Shown here: positions 36,905 through 49,400 of the stretch, piece by piece
Layout: the number at the start of each line of letters is the position of its first letter
Numbering within the stretch: position 1 is the stretch's first letter
DNA from: Squalus acanthias
Lineage: Eukaryota
Direction of reading: 5' to 3'
Length of the DNA: 64,000 nucleotides
NCBI GenBank assembly: GCA_030390025.1
Contig: CM059432.1
Coordinates: 148,678,001-148,742,000 of the forward strand
Position numbers and translations under genes: made by a program
The notes under the pieces: generated by a model
Told to the model about the DNA's origin: nothing
Databases searched by the model: none
What the model saw: the letters and a program-made list of their open reading frames with translations, nothing else

Positions 36905-37937
36905 ATAACTTGTATTTATATAACGCCTTTAACGTAGTAAAACGTCCCAAGGCGCTTCACAGGAGTATTTTAAGACAAAAAATTTGACACCGAGCCACAT
37001 AAGGAGAAATTAGGGCAGATGACCAAAAGCTTGGTCAAAGAGGTAGGTTTTAAGGAGCATCTTAAAGGAGGAAAGAGAGGTAGCGAGGCGGAGAGGTTTA
37101 GGCAGGGAATTCCAGAGCTTAGGGCCCAGGCAACAGAAGGCACGGCCACCAATGGCGGAGCGATTATAATCAGGGATGCTCAAGAGGGCAGAATTTGAGG
37201 AGCGCAAATATCTCGGGGGGTTGTGGGGCTGAAGGAGATTACAGAGATAGGGAGGGACGAGGCCATGGAGGGATTTGAAAACAAGGATGAGAATTTTGAA
37301 ATCGAGGCGCTGCTTAACCGGGAGCCAATGATGGTCAGCGAGCACAGGGGTGATGGGCGAACGGGACTTGGTGCGAGTTAGGACACGGGGCAGCCGAGTT
37401 TTGGATGACCTCAAGTTTATGTAGGGTGGAATGTGGGAGGCCAGCCAGGAGTGCGTTGGAATAGTCAAGTCTAGAGTTAACAAAGGCATGGATGAGGGTT
37501 TCAGCAGCGGATGAGCTGAGGCAAGGGCAGAGACGGGCGATGTTACGGAGGTGGAAATAGGCGGTCTTAGTTTTGCCGTGGATATGTGCTCAGAAGCTCA
37601 TTTCAGGGTCAAATGTGACACCAAGGTTGCGAACAGTGTGGTTCAGCCTCAGACAGATGTTAGGGAGAGGGATGGAGTCAGTGGCTAGGGAACGGAGTTT
37701 GTGGCGGGGGCCAAAGACAATGACTTCGGTCTTCCCAATATTGAACAGAAGAAAATTTCTGTTCATCCAGAACTGAATGCCGGACAAGCAGTCTGACAGT
37801 TTAGACACCGTGGAGGGGTCGAGAGAAGTGGTAGTGAGGTAGAGCTGGGTGTTGTCAGCGTACATGTGGAAACTGACGCTGTGTTTTCGGATTATGTCGG
37901 CAAGGGGCAGCATGTAGATGAGAAATAGGAGGGGGCC
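36905..37937 (-). mobile_element. L2 LINE, 5'-truncated
   Basis: LGPLLFLIYMLPL, FHMYADNTQLY and HWLPVKQRLDFKIL motifs. Confidence 0.92.
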
Positions 37938-38582
37938 AAGTGAACGGCACACCTGAAGCCTGAGACACTGTGCCCATCAGCCCATGATTTTGCATCCATT
38001 AAAGTTAATGTTCACAAAATCACAGGCTGGGAGAGCAGTTTCCTAATCAGCAATCCACATGTGGCAGGAATGGGTGCAGTGGAACTGTTACCTCTATAAT
38101 TGTGAATAAATGCGGAATTAGACCATTAAGTTGCCTAATGTTGTGGTATTCATTTCTGCTTGACCTCAATGCACATTGCACCTCAGTGTATTCTTTACAA
38201 CTTAAAATGTCCTTGTTAAACAAGGTAATTAGAATGAGTTCAGAACCTGTGTTGTTTGTGACTTTTCCCCATACAGATATTAATATGACTGAGATTTCAA
38301 AGAGCCAATATAGTCTGGCCAAACAAGCTTGTCATTTCCGTGCATGTACTATTACAGTAATAAATGTGCAGTATTTTCATTCACAGGCATGTTTTGATGG
38401 CTTTTACTGACAGAGGTACAATTCGCAAAAAACAGTCCAATGTATTTCTAGACACAAAAGGCATCAAGGGGTATGGGGAGAGAGCGGGAATATGATATTG
38501 AGAGAGGATCAGCCATGATCATATTGAATGGCGGAGCAGACTCGAATGGCCAAATGGCCTACTCCTGCTCCTATTTTTCTAT

Positions 38583-39426
38583 GGGGGAAAAATTCAGTTG
38601 GTTGCGCCTCCCGTTAGCGCCTTAAGAGGGTGCTAATGGGGCGCAAAGCAACTAGCGCCCGGGCGCGGCGATGTTTGCACCACTCGCGAAATTAACTAGA
38701 CATTTTGCTGCGGCACTAAACAGTACCGCCACGATCTCCTGCGCCGGCAGATCGTGACGTCAGTCGAGTGCGCAACGCCCCGGTAGCGCCCTGAGCGGAT
38801 ATTGATTGGCGCCCCCTGCCTTACCGCCTGCCGCTAGCAACGACAGGTTGAGGGGAACGTTTTGCAGTCAGGAAGGGACTGGGGGAGCGCTATTTAAAGG
38901 CGACCGCTTCCTGCCTTTTTTTGTTGCCGACATTTTTGAACCCCACATTCTGAGAGAGAGAGAGAGAGAGAGAGAGACTGACTTCTGGAGAGATTCACCG
39001 CTGTGTGAAGGAGTTTTGGGTACTGAGCAGCACTTTGCAGGTTCATTTTGATTTGCCCTTCCTTGTATCGATTTAGAAGAGACTGTGGGGGCTGCACTCT
39101 GAGCTCTTTCCCTGGGCCTCTCCATTGTTCTTTCCAGCAGATTTGATGTACAGGTCTCTCCAGGCCGAGATTCAAGGCTGCAATGAGCAGGATGTGGATG
39201 GAAAGCAAGATCAACCCTCCCCTTTAAGAACTGGCCAGGGCCATTGTGTCTGTGTTCCATTGCTGACAGACATCACATGAGCTTCGCCAGCGCTCTGAGT
39301 TAGCGCCTCGCTCCTCGGCCTTTGCACCTTAAGACAGGTGTGTAGCGCATGATTTAGCGCTCCAATCACCTCCAGGGGCGATAAAAGTCAAGTTTGCAGT
39401 CGGAGGCGATACTGAATTTTTCCCCC
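38583..39426. mobile_element. Harbinger-type MITE, family C copy 2, TSD TAT, inserted in a CR1 tail
   Basis: 16-bp TIR GGGGGAAAAATTCAGT / ACTGAATTTTTCCCCC with TAT on both sides. Confidence 0.85.
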
Positions 39427-40761
39427 TATGTTTCTATGTACAAAGTTTTACCAAAGTATCTACTCAAAATGCTTGTACATTGCTTGTACATCTTCAAATG
39501 CAGGGAGAGTACTATATTCATATTAGTAAAATACCAACTCGAAACAAAGTGAGAGTTTTCACTACACACAAAATGCGGGACAGTTGAGTGTGTACTATGG
39601 GCAACCAACAAACACACCCTTAGCTATGACAGGAAGAAAGCTAATACACTGATTGGAGAGCAAGGGCCCAAAACAAGCAGCAACGTGCAACAAGAGAGTG
39701 TCCTTAATATGCTACAAACTGTGAGATTCGTAGACGTGAATATTTCAGGTTGCGCTCATCAGTGGGCGAGGGGGGGGGAGGGGGATATGTATGTAAAATA
39801 TCCGATAGTTCACCACAAGTTAATTATGGACTTGCATAAAAATGCATTTCAACAGACTAAATACTGCATGGCAGATAGGCCATTTGAAAAGACTGGAACT
39901 TTTATTTTAAAATGGTTAAAAAAAAGTCTTTAAATATTGCTCTATTTTTAAAAACCGACAAAACTAAAAAGCAAACAGTTTAAATAAACCAAGAAATATA
40001 TCGCTCGCACTCATGATGAACTTCTCAGCTATGAGGAGTGTCTTTTCTCTAAGGCTGTGTGTACTGAGTTGGAGGACGTTCTCTATAGTATGGTTCTCAT
40101 TATCACCCACTTTCACTGCCTAGCTTCTCCAGACTGTCCGCCCCCAGAATCCACTCTCAGTATAGTGCAGTCATCGATCCCCCCCGCCCCCCACCAAATG
40201 GACTAATCCTCACAACTTCTAAAACCCAACATCATTGGACAAAGCAGGAAAAGGCAAAGACTATTTGAAAAGGGTTTAGCAGTAATTCTGTTTGTAATGA
40301 CTCATTCACAAGAAATGAGTTAGTGCGCTCATAAAAGTATCCATCTAATGTTATGCCTGTCTTACAGCACTAGCTGTGCATGTCTGTTTGACATCAGTGT
40401 CCATGTGTGTTACTGCCCTGGTCGTGGTTTCACTGTTATTTTTAATCATCTGGTCGTAATTTCCCTCTTTCAATAAGGTAATAAGCTAGCTTCAGAGTTA
40501 TCCTTTGTTAAAGTCTGACATTTTGTCACTTTCTTTTCCATCCATGTGTAACATTAAAACAACAATAAAAACAACTTGCATTTATATTGCGCCTAAAACA
40601 TGGTAAAATGTCACAAGGCACTTCACAGGAGCGTTTTCAGACAAAATTTCACACCGAGCCACGTAAGGAAATATTAAGACAGGTTTTAAGGAGTTTCTTA
40701 AAGGAGGAGAGGTGGAGAGGAGCAAAATTCCATCGCTTAGGCCCTGTACAACTGAAGGCAC

Positions 40762-41477
40762 AAAAGTGAGAAGTCGCACAACACCAGGTTATAGTCCAAC
40801 AGCTTTATTTGAAATCACAAGCTTTCGGAGCGGCTGCTCCTTCGTCAGGTGAAGTGAAGAAATACAAATGGGCACAGCATATATAGACAGAGATCAATGC
40901 CTGTGCAGAGAACAATGCCAGACGACTACAGTTAATCTTTCTAACTGCCCTTTATCACACCTCGGCAGAGAGACAATCACGGCAATCAAATCCAACCAGG
41001 TCAGTCAGGAAGACATTACACCAAAGACGATAGCAAAATACAACAAAGACAATGAGGTGGGGTCACAGGGGGTCTAATGTGTCAAATGCTGCAGTCTGTA
41101 TGGAAAACTAAAAACTTTAAACTTTTTACTGGAAATCACATCTGTGAACAAGCCAACGACGACTCGAGTCTGGATGACTCTACGTCAGGTGGGCTTACAT
41201 GTAGCGTGACATGAACCCAAGATCCCTATTGAGGCCGTCCTCATGGGTGCTGAACTTGGCTATCAGTTTCTGCTCGATGATTTTGCGTTGTCGTGTGTCT
41301 CGAAGGCCGCCTTGGAGAACGCTTACCCGAAGATCCGAGGCTGAATGTCCTTGACTGCTGAAGTGTTCCCCGACTGGGAGGTAACACTCCTGCCTGGCGA
41401 TTGTTGCGCGGTGTCCGTTCATACGTTGTCGCAGTGTCTGCATGGTCTCGCCGATGTACCATGCTCCGGGGCATCCG
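40762..41477 (-). mobile_element. 5'-truncated Penelope-like retroelement: GIY-YIG endonuclease C-terminus, 3' UTR and terminus with hammerhead motif
   Basis: GCPGAWYIGETMQTLRQRMNGHR..VGEHFS..EQKLIAKF..GLN peptide; inserted in an L2 tail (40560-40761 / 41478-41620) with AGGCAC on both sides. Confidence 0.9.
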
Positions 41478-42269
41478 AGGCACGGCCACCATTGTAGGGT
41501 AAAGAAAGTGGGGGGATGCTACAAGAGGCCAGAGCTGGAGGAACGGCGAGTTCTCAGAGGTAGGGGAGGGCTTGGTGGACCGGGAGTCAACGTAGGTCAG
41601 TGAGCACAGGGGTGATGGGCGAATGTTACCCTGTATATTCACATAATCGTGGCTCCAGAAGTTAAACAAAATGCAAACGTTTTTAACCAAATTCAGGCAA
41701 TGGTACTAAGAAATGAGAAAAAAAATGTAGAATGTTTAAAGATCATTCCACCTTTCCATAGATTTTCACTTCCCAAGATACTGTGGTGCTCACGGCAGTT
41801 CCAGGATCGATGCTCAGTTAGAGCTGCTTTAACAGAAGTAACTACAGAGATTGTCTCAGCTAAGATTAAGTCACTTAAAGCTGATCGTGCTGCAGGACCC
41901 GATTCCAGTTACTCCAGAGTGCTTAAGGAAATGGAGGAAGTTGTATGTGAGCCAGTGCCTCATATAGTCAATAACTTATTGAGGTCTGGACCTGTTCCAA
42001 TGGATTGAGAGAGGTTCCCATGGTCCTAATAAAGAAAAAGAACTCGGGCCCTGTGAATTATAGGCACGACAGATTGACATTGGTTGTAGGGATGTGATTT
42101 ATGATCACTTAAAGAGGTCAGTAGTTTTTTAAGGATTCCCAGCATGGCTTCAGGAAACCCGTTGATATTGTATACCTAGATTTCCTAAAAAGCCTTTGAC
42201 AAAGTGCCATGTAGAACATTATTGGAAAAGATTTGATCATAAGGGATTATAGGACAGTTAAGATACTAC

Positions 42270-43252
42270 TGTCCCATCTCCAAACTCCCTTTCTTCTCCA
42301 AAATCCTTGAACATGTTGTCGCCTCCAAATCCGAGCCCATCATTCCTGCAACTCATTGTTTGAATCCTCCAATCAGGTTTCCACCCCGCCACAGTACTGA
42401 GACGGCTCTTAACAAAGCCACACATGTCATCCTATGTGACTGTGACCGTGGTAAACTATCCCTCCTCATCCATCTCGACCTGTCTGCAGCTTTGACATGG
42501 TTCACCGCACCATCCTCCTCCAAGGCTTCTCCGTCATCCAGCTGGGTGAGACTGCCCTCGTCTGGTTCCATTCTTATCTACATTGTCGTAGCCAGAGAAT
42601 CACCTGCAACGGCTTCTCTTCTCGCTCCAGACCGTTACCTCTGGAGTCCCTCAAGGATCGATCCTTGGCCCCTCCTATTTCTCATCTACATGCTGCCCCT
42701 CGGCGACATCATCCAAAAACATGTCAGGTTCCACATGTACGCTGACGACACCCAGCTCTACCTCACCACCACTTCTCTCAAGCCCTCCACTGTCTCTGAT
42801 TTGTCACACTGCTTGTCCGACATCCAACAACAAAAACAACTTGCATTTATATAGCGCCTTTACCATAGTAAAACGTCCTAAGGCGCTTCACAGGAGCGTT
42901 ATCAAACAAAATTTGACACCGAGCCACATAAGGAGATATTAAAGCAGATGAGGTCAAAGAGGTAGGTTTTAAGGAGTGTTTTCAAGGAGGAAAGAGAGGT
43001 TTAGGGAGAGAATTCCAGAGCTTAGGGCCCAGGGCAGCTGAAGGCACGGCTGCCAATAGTGGAGCGATTAAAATTCAGAATGCTCAAGAGGGCGGAATTG
43101 GAGGAGCGCAGAGAACTCAGAGGGTTGTGGGGCTGGAGGAGGTTACAGAGATAGGGAGGGGCGAGGCCATGGAGGGATTTGCAAACAAGGATGGTTGGAG
43201 ATGGGGCGGTGGTTTGCAAGGTCAGAGGCGTCAAGGGTGAAGACAGACACAA
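42270..43252. mobile_element. L2 fragments in opposite orientations (RT core plus 42270-42826; 3' end minus 42827-43252)
   Basis: HSTETAL, DLSAA and FHMYADDTQLY motifs on plus; GSRAFSCPGP on minus. Confidence 0.8.
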
Positions 43253-43253
43253 A

Positions 43254-44890
43254 GGGCTCGATTTTATTAATGGAAGCGGGTTGAGGGCAGGCCCACTGCT
43301 CGGCGGCTTTCCGACCCACTCCCGGCTGCCGCCTCCCATCAGTTACTATTATGGCTTGATTGGCCTCGTTACAGCCGAGGGGCAGGTCCCTCCAGACAAT
43401 TGCTTGGAGGCTGTCAGTTTCTCGCATCTGATGACGCGTTGTTTGAATGAAAACTTAAAGGGGCCACGTCCCCTTTGGAAAAAATGTCAATGGGATGGAT
43501 TGGTGCTGTGTTATACAGAAAGGGGAGTTGACGGCGTCTGTTCTGAACAAAATTTAATGAATGAAATTGCTGGTCATATTATTCCAGAAAGATATTTATG
43601 ATTTTTTTATATATCAATTTATTATCTGACTATGAAATGAAAAAGATGCCAGATTTGTTCCAATCATTGGCTTAGTAATATTAATGCTTTTTTCTCTTAA
43701 AGGTGCTGGCTGCTGCAGGAACGGCAGCCCCAATAACTAAGGCTGCAGCCAGGTTCAATGAGGACTCTCTCCATGCTCTTGTGGAGGGAGTTAGAGGACG
43801 TCAGGAGCACCTCTTCCCTGGAAACAGAAGGAGGAGGCCTCCTCAGCAAACCAAGGGCAGCTTGGCTGCAAATTGCTGAGGAGGTGAGCTCGAGGTCTGT
43901 GTGCAGACGCACATGGGTTCAGTGTGGAAAAAGGTTTAATGATCTGCTGAGATCACCTAAAGTGTGGCCTCTGTGTTCTGGGAAATGGAAGTTCAAGAGT
44001 GAGGGCTCAGGGCGATTTCCATGTAGAATGTTGGTGGTGACACTGAGCGCAAACCACCGTTTATTGGACAGATGATGCCTGGGGTTTTGAGACTGTCGGA
44101 CTTATATTCATCTCCATGTGCCAGCCACCTGTGGTTGAAGCGTAAGCTTACACGAATCTGGCATGGATGAGTGCATCCCTTGCCTGACGGCCAACAATGT
44201 GGTCGCCTGCTGCTGGATTGGCCACATCCGGCCCCGCATGGCGTCACTCCCCGTCCTCTTCCTCGTCCTCTTCCTCGTCCTCCAAGGAGGCTGTGTGCTG
44301 AGCCACTTGTTCATCCGGCAGCACTAAGCCGCGCTGCTGTTCCTCCGAATCTGACGACCAGGATGAGAGGATGTAAATGGTTCCCATCCCGTTGTTATAG
44401 ATTTCAGTTGCGGCAAGAAGCTTGCCAGCGCACACTCAAAGGGGCCTGAAATTATTCCCAATCAGTTCAAACAGCAGATGTGTGTCAGCAAAATCTTATC
44501 CCAAACCTCCAACAACAAAGTTGTTGCATTTGAATGCCAGCCATGTTACAGGAGCACTTTTAAAGTGCTGCACCAATAATGACTACAGATCATGTCCTCC
44601 ACCAACTGGTCTCCTTGCAGCTGGCCTGTTTCTGACAAGACGGGAAACAGGAGCCAGAGGCACGAAAATGGGAAACCTCGATCAAAATAGGATTATCAAG
44701 GCAGTTAACATGCTCTTAACTGCCTTAACTACCTGTCCCAACGGTTGGAGTCGGGTCAGTTTGGGAGCAACTGAACAGACACTCACGAAAATCGCATGGA
44801 GGTGGGTTGGGTGTCTGAAGCCATTTTTTCCGATTTTAGCAGTTGACACGCCTCCAAACCCGTCTCCTCAGGGCTGTTAAAATCGAGCCC
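43254..44890. mobile_element. Internally deleted Harbinger element with Myb/SANT-like ORF remnant, TSD AAA
   Basis: TIR GGGCTCGATTTTA / TAAAATCGAGCCC; remnant AAWLQIAEEVSSRSVCRRTWVQCGKRFNDLLR at ~43858-43950. Confidence 0.85.
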
Positions 44891-45510
44891 AAAGTATTTG
44901 TTTAATTTCTCTCCCATTTCCTTATTCCCCATTATAATTTTCCCTGTCTCAGCCTGTAAGGGACCCACGTTTACTTTCGCTAATCTTTTCCTTTTTACAT
45001 ACCTATAGAAGCTTTTACAGTCTGTTTTTATGTCTCTCGCTAGTTTACTGTCATATTCTATTTTCCCTTTCTTTATCAATTTCTTGGCCCTCCTTTCCTG
45101 AATTCTAAAATCCTCCCAATCCTCAGGCTTATTACTCTTTTTGGCTTCATTATAAGCCTCTTCCTTTAATCTAATACTATCTTTAATTTCTCTTGTTAGC
45201 CATGGTTGGACCTTTTTTCCCCGTGGTGTTTTTATTCCTGAAGGAAATGTATATTCATTGCAAATTATGAATTATTTCTTTAAATGCTTGCCATTGTTTT
45301 TCTACTGTCATATTTTTAAATCTAGTTTCCCAACCTACCTTAGCCAACTCGCCTCTCATACCTAAGTAGTTTGCTTTGTTCAGGTTTAGGACCCTCATTT
45401 CGGACTTAACTAAATCACTCTCAAACTCAAAACATAAAATTCTATCATATTATGATCACTGCTCCCCAGTGGCTCCTTTACTACAAGGTTATTAATTAAC
45501 CCTGTCATAT
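44891..45510 (-). mobile_element. CR1 ORF2 internal fragment
   Basis: EPLGSSDHNMIEF and IKTDCKSFYRYVKRKR motifs. Confidence 0.85.
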
Positions 45511-45844
45511 CGAATACTAAATCCTGGTTCCAAACACGAGGACTGACGATAATGATACAGCCTCCGTGTATAGTGAGAATGCTCACTATGAATACTCTGA
45601 GGTAAATTTTATGCATTAGCACTCCCGATGCAGACAAGAAGTGCATATTGGGAATAGGACCACGGAGGTCAGCACGGCCCATGTAATTTTCCAACTATTA
45701 AGGGAGGAAAATCACATGGGGCATACTCCGATCTCCACTGTCGCATTGCTCCCTATGTGCAAAGCTTAGCACCAGAAGCGGTAAATCATATCTACAACTA
45801 TGTCCAAACATTGTTGAATATGCACCGTGGCGAGTACCAGAATA

Positions 45845-46225
45845 ATTGAAGTGTTTAAGATGATTTATAGATTTGATAAGGTAGATAAAGAGAAACTATT
45901 TCCTTTGATGGGGGAATCCAGCACAAAGGGGCACAACCTTAAAATTAGAGCTAGGCAGTTCAAGAATGATGTCAGGAAGCACTTCTTCAAAAAAAAAGGG
46001 TTGTGGCAATCTGGAACTCTCTCCCTCCAAAAGAAATTGACTGTTATCACCAGGCGAAAAACGAGCGATTGAAAATTTCAAATCTGAGATTGATAGATTT
46101 TGTTAGGTAAGGGTGTTGAGGGTTCCGGAACCAAAATGAGTAAATTGAATTAAGATACAGATCAGCCATAATCTAACTGAATGCCAGAACAGGCTCGAGG
46201 GGCTGAATGACCTACTCCCATTCCA
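45845..46225 (+). mobile_element. CR1 3' fragment
   Basis: IEVFKM..DKEKLFPL..GHNLKIR motif and tail. Confidence 0.8.
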
Positions 46226-46638
46226 ATGTACCAACGCAATACTCAGCAAATATTTGTGAATGGCGATTCAGGATAGAAGGTAGTTCCAGGAGGGTATGAT
46301 CGGGTTGAGAAAGGGTTGAGTTAGGAGGTAGTCTGATCTGGTCCAGATTGTAATATAAACCATGATTCTCCGACTGTATAGTATTAAATATCCATTTGTA
46401 CTCAAAACAGGCATAATATACTGCAAACTGCTTCAGCAGTAAAGAATGCACATAAAACATGTCTTATAATGGAAACAAACTACTTCCAAGTTCCAATCTA
46501 CTGCAGAACATGAAGCCAAAGGGATAAGCAAGTCGACTTACTGAAACCAAGCAGCTCAGGCTAACCTTCAAAGATTCTGGCCAGGAGACAAGACACAACA
46601 AAACAAACATTTTTGAACATGGCTTTCAGCTCACATAC

Positions 46639-46729
46639 CTGGATAAGCATTTCCATCCATGTCCACTCCTCCCGATATAGACTGGCCAAACATGCGCAAC
46701 AGCGGACTGATCGTCTGCCCTGACAGCCT
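46639..46729 (-). CDS. ITGA9: Integrin alpha-9 coding exon (RLSGQTISPLLRMFGQSISGGVDMDGNAYP)
   Basis: 91 bp; branch-like ctaat, pyrimidine tract and tag acceptor; donor gtatgt. FGQSI..DMDGN.YPD motif. Confidence 0.95.
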
Positions 46730-47295
46730 CTAGAGGAGTGAAGGTGTAGCAGGCATTAGACAAACAACAAGATATTTTTTTACTCTGAAGAGGCTACTGC
46801 ATGTAAGGGGGGGCAACAAAGTTCTGGCTTCAGAGGAAACATAAGCTAGTATCATTTAATACATCTGATGTTTGAGTCGACACGAGACTCTAGGCAGGGA
46901 TTCCAGATACCACACCTCTGAGTAAGGCATCAAACAGCTCCATTATTAATTGACCTCCTGACATCAATGGACCCAAGTGCTATAATGTCAAGTATTGCCC
47001 AGTGACACACAGGCACTGGACATCGTTATGTCACTATGAGCTCTAAATCGGACAAGGAGGCAATTTCACGCACAGTGTAAAATATCAGAAACGTTGTCTG
47101 TTTGACCGCAGTGACATTTCATTTCTTTTTGGACTACATCAGCATGAATGCTTTGAAAGCCATAAAACAGTACAGGCTCCATGGACCTTTGAGCCTTGCC
47201 CTAGCTCTCATGTCCTGAGCAGCAGTCATGATTTGTTTTCAATGCCATTGATGAAATTAAAGAGCCAAGTTTGAGGTAGTTTTGGTAAAGGCCAG

Positions 47296-47469
47296 GGGTA
47301 ATTATCACTTTTATTGCTGGGCGAAAAACGAATGATAGCGATTCAGCAACCCGTTTTACACCTCAACCTATTTTCTTTGCCACTGACATCAAGTGGGCGA
47401 GGTGTAAAACAGACTGGTCAGTCTCTATCACCCATTTTTCGCCCAGTAATAAAGTGAAACTCACACCCG
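47296..47469. mobile_element. Short MITE with ~35-bp imperfect TIRs
   Basis: tcactttttattgctgggcgaaaaa versus tttttcgcccagtaataaagtga; possible CAG TSD. Confidence 0.65.
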
Positions 47470-47574
47470 CAGTGTGCTGTCACTCTGCTCACTGAAAATC
47501 AGAACAAATTCTCTTCTTCAGATTCAGTCATGTTCAATCAGAATTCACTCTTTAGACCAAAATGTGATCATAAT

Positions 47575-49400
47575 CATAGAATCATAGAATAAATAGTACA
47601 GCACAGAAGGAGGCCATTCAGCCCATTGAGTCTTCGAAGAGCAATCCAGTTAATCCCACTCTCCGCTCTTTCCCCATATCCCTGCAATTTTTTCTCCTTC
47701 AAGTATTTATCCAATTCCCTTTTGAAGGCTACTATTGAATCTATGTCCACCACCCTATCAGGCAGCGCATTTCAAATCCTAATCATTCGTCGTTTAAAAA
47801 AGTTTTTCCTCATGTCGCCTCTGGCTCTTTTGCCAATCACCTTAACTCTGTGTCCTCTGGTTATCGACCATCCTGCCAATGCAAACAGTTTCTCTTTATT
47901 TACCCTATCAAAACCTTTCATGATTTTAAACATCTCCTCTTCGCCTGCTCTGCTCTCAGGACAACAACCTTAGCTGGGATGCTGATAAGTAATGATCTAT
48001 CACGTGCCCTGGACCTTCGGGGGTTGAAGAGGAATTTCCGAGAGATTTTCCTAAATTGGCCTCAGGTTGTTTTTCTCTTTTGCCTCTCCCAGGAAACGGC
48101 ACCGTTAAGGTGTGTGCTTTAAGTTTTTGCACCATATCTGGATGGACCCGATTGTCTTTTCCAATTCTTCATCCCTGGAATCATTCTAGTAAATCTCTCT
48201 GTACTCTCTCCAAAGTCTTCATGCTCTTCCTAAAGTGCGGTGCCCAGAATTGGACACAAGACTCCAGCTGGGGCCGATCTAGTGTTTACATAGGTTTAGC
48301 ATAATTTCCTGGCTTTTGTACTCTATGCCTCTATTTATTAAGAGATCCCAGACGCTTTATTAACTGTTTTGTTAACCTGTCCTTCCATCTCCAAAGATTT
48401 GTGCACAAACACCCCCAGGTCTCTCTGTTCTTGCATCACCTTTAAAATTGTACCGTTTAGCTGTGTACTGTCTCTCTTCATTCTTCCTACCAAAATGTAT
48501 CACCTCACACTTCTCTGCGTTGAATTTCATCTGGCATGTGTCTGCCCATTCCACCAGCCTGTCTATGTCCTCTTGAAGTCTATTACTGTCATCCTCATTG
48601 TTTACTACACTTCCAAGTTTCATTTAATCTGCAAATTTTGAAATTGTGCCCAGTACTCCCAAGTCCAAGACATTAAAAACAGCAGTGGTCCTTGTACTGG
48701 AGAACACCACGTATACCTCACACCAGTCCAAAAAACAGCCATTCACCAGAACTCTCTATTTTCTGCACCTTACTCAATTTTGTATCCATGTTACAACTGC
48801 CCCTTATATCCCTAAGCCTTCAATTTTTCTAACAAGCCTAGTATGTGGTACTTTATCAAACGCCTTTTGAAAGTCAAGATACACAACATAAACTGCACTG
48901 CCCTCGTCCACTCTCTGTTACTTCATCAAAAAACTTAATCAAGTTAGTCAAACACAATTTGCCCTTAACAAATCCGTGTTGGCTCTCCTTTATTAGTCTA
49001 TGCTTGTCCAAGTGGCTGTTAATTTTCTCCCGGGTTATTGTTTCTAAAAGCTTCCCCACCACTGACGTTAAACTGACTGACCTGTAATTGCCAGGTTTAT
49101 CCTTCTCTCCTTTTTTGAACAAGGGTGTAACATTTGCAATGCTCCAGTCCTTTGGCACCATCCCTGTATCTAAGGAGGATTGGACGATTGTGGCCAGCAC
49201 CTCCGCAATTTCTACCCTTACTTCCCTCAAGAACCTAGGATGCATCCCATCCAGACTGGGTGACTTATCCACTTTAATTACCGCCAGCCTGTCTAGCACT
49301 TCCTCTTTATCTATTCTTATCTCATCCAGGATCCCAACAACCACCTCGTTTATCGTAGCTTTGGCAAAGTCCTCTTCCTTGGTAAACACCGATTCAAAGT
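47575..49400 (-). mobile_element. CR1 LINE, 5'-truncated, with an unrelated insert at ~47975-48160
   Basis: ORFs 48874-49404 and 48372-48623; (ATTCTATG)n-type tail. Confidence 0.88.
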
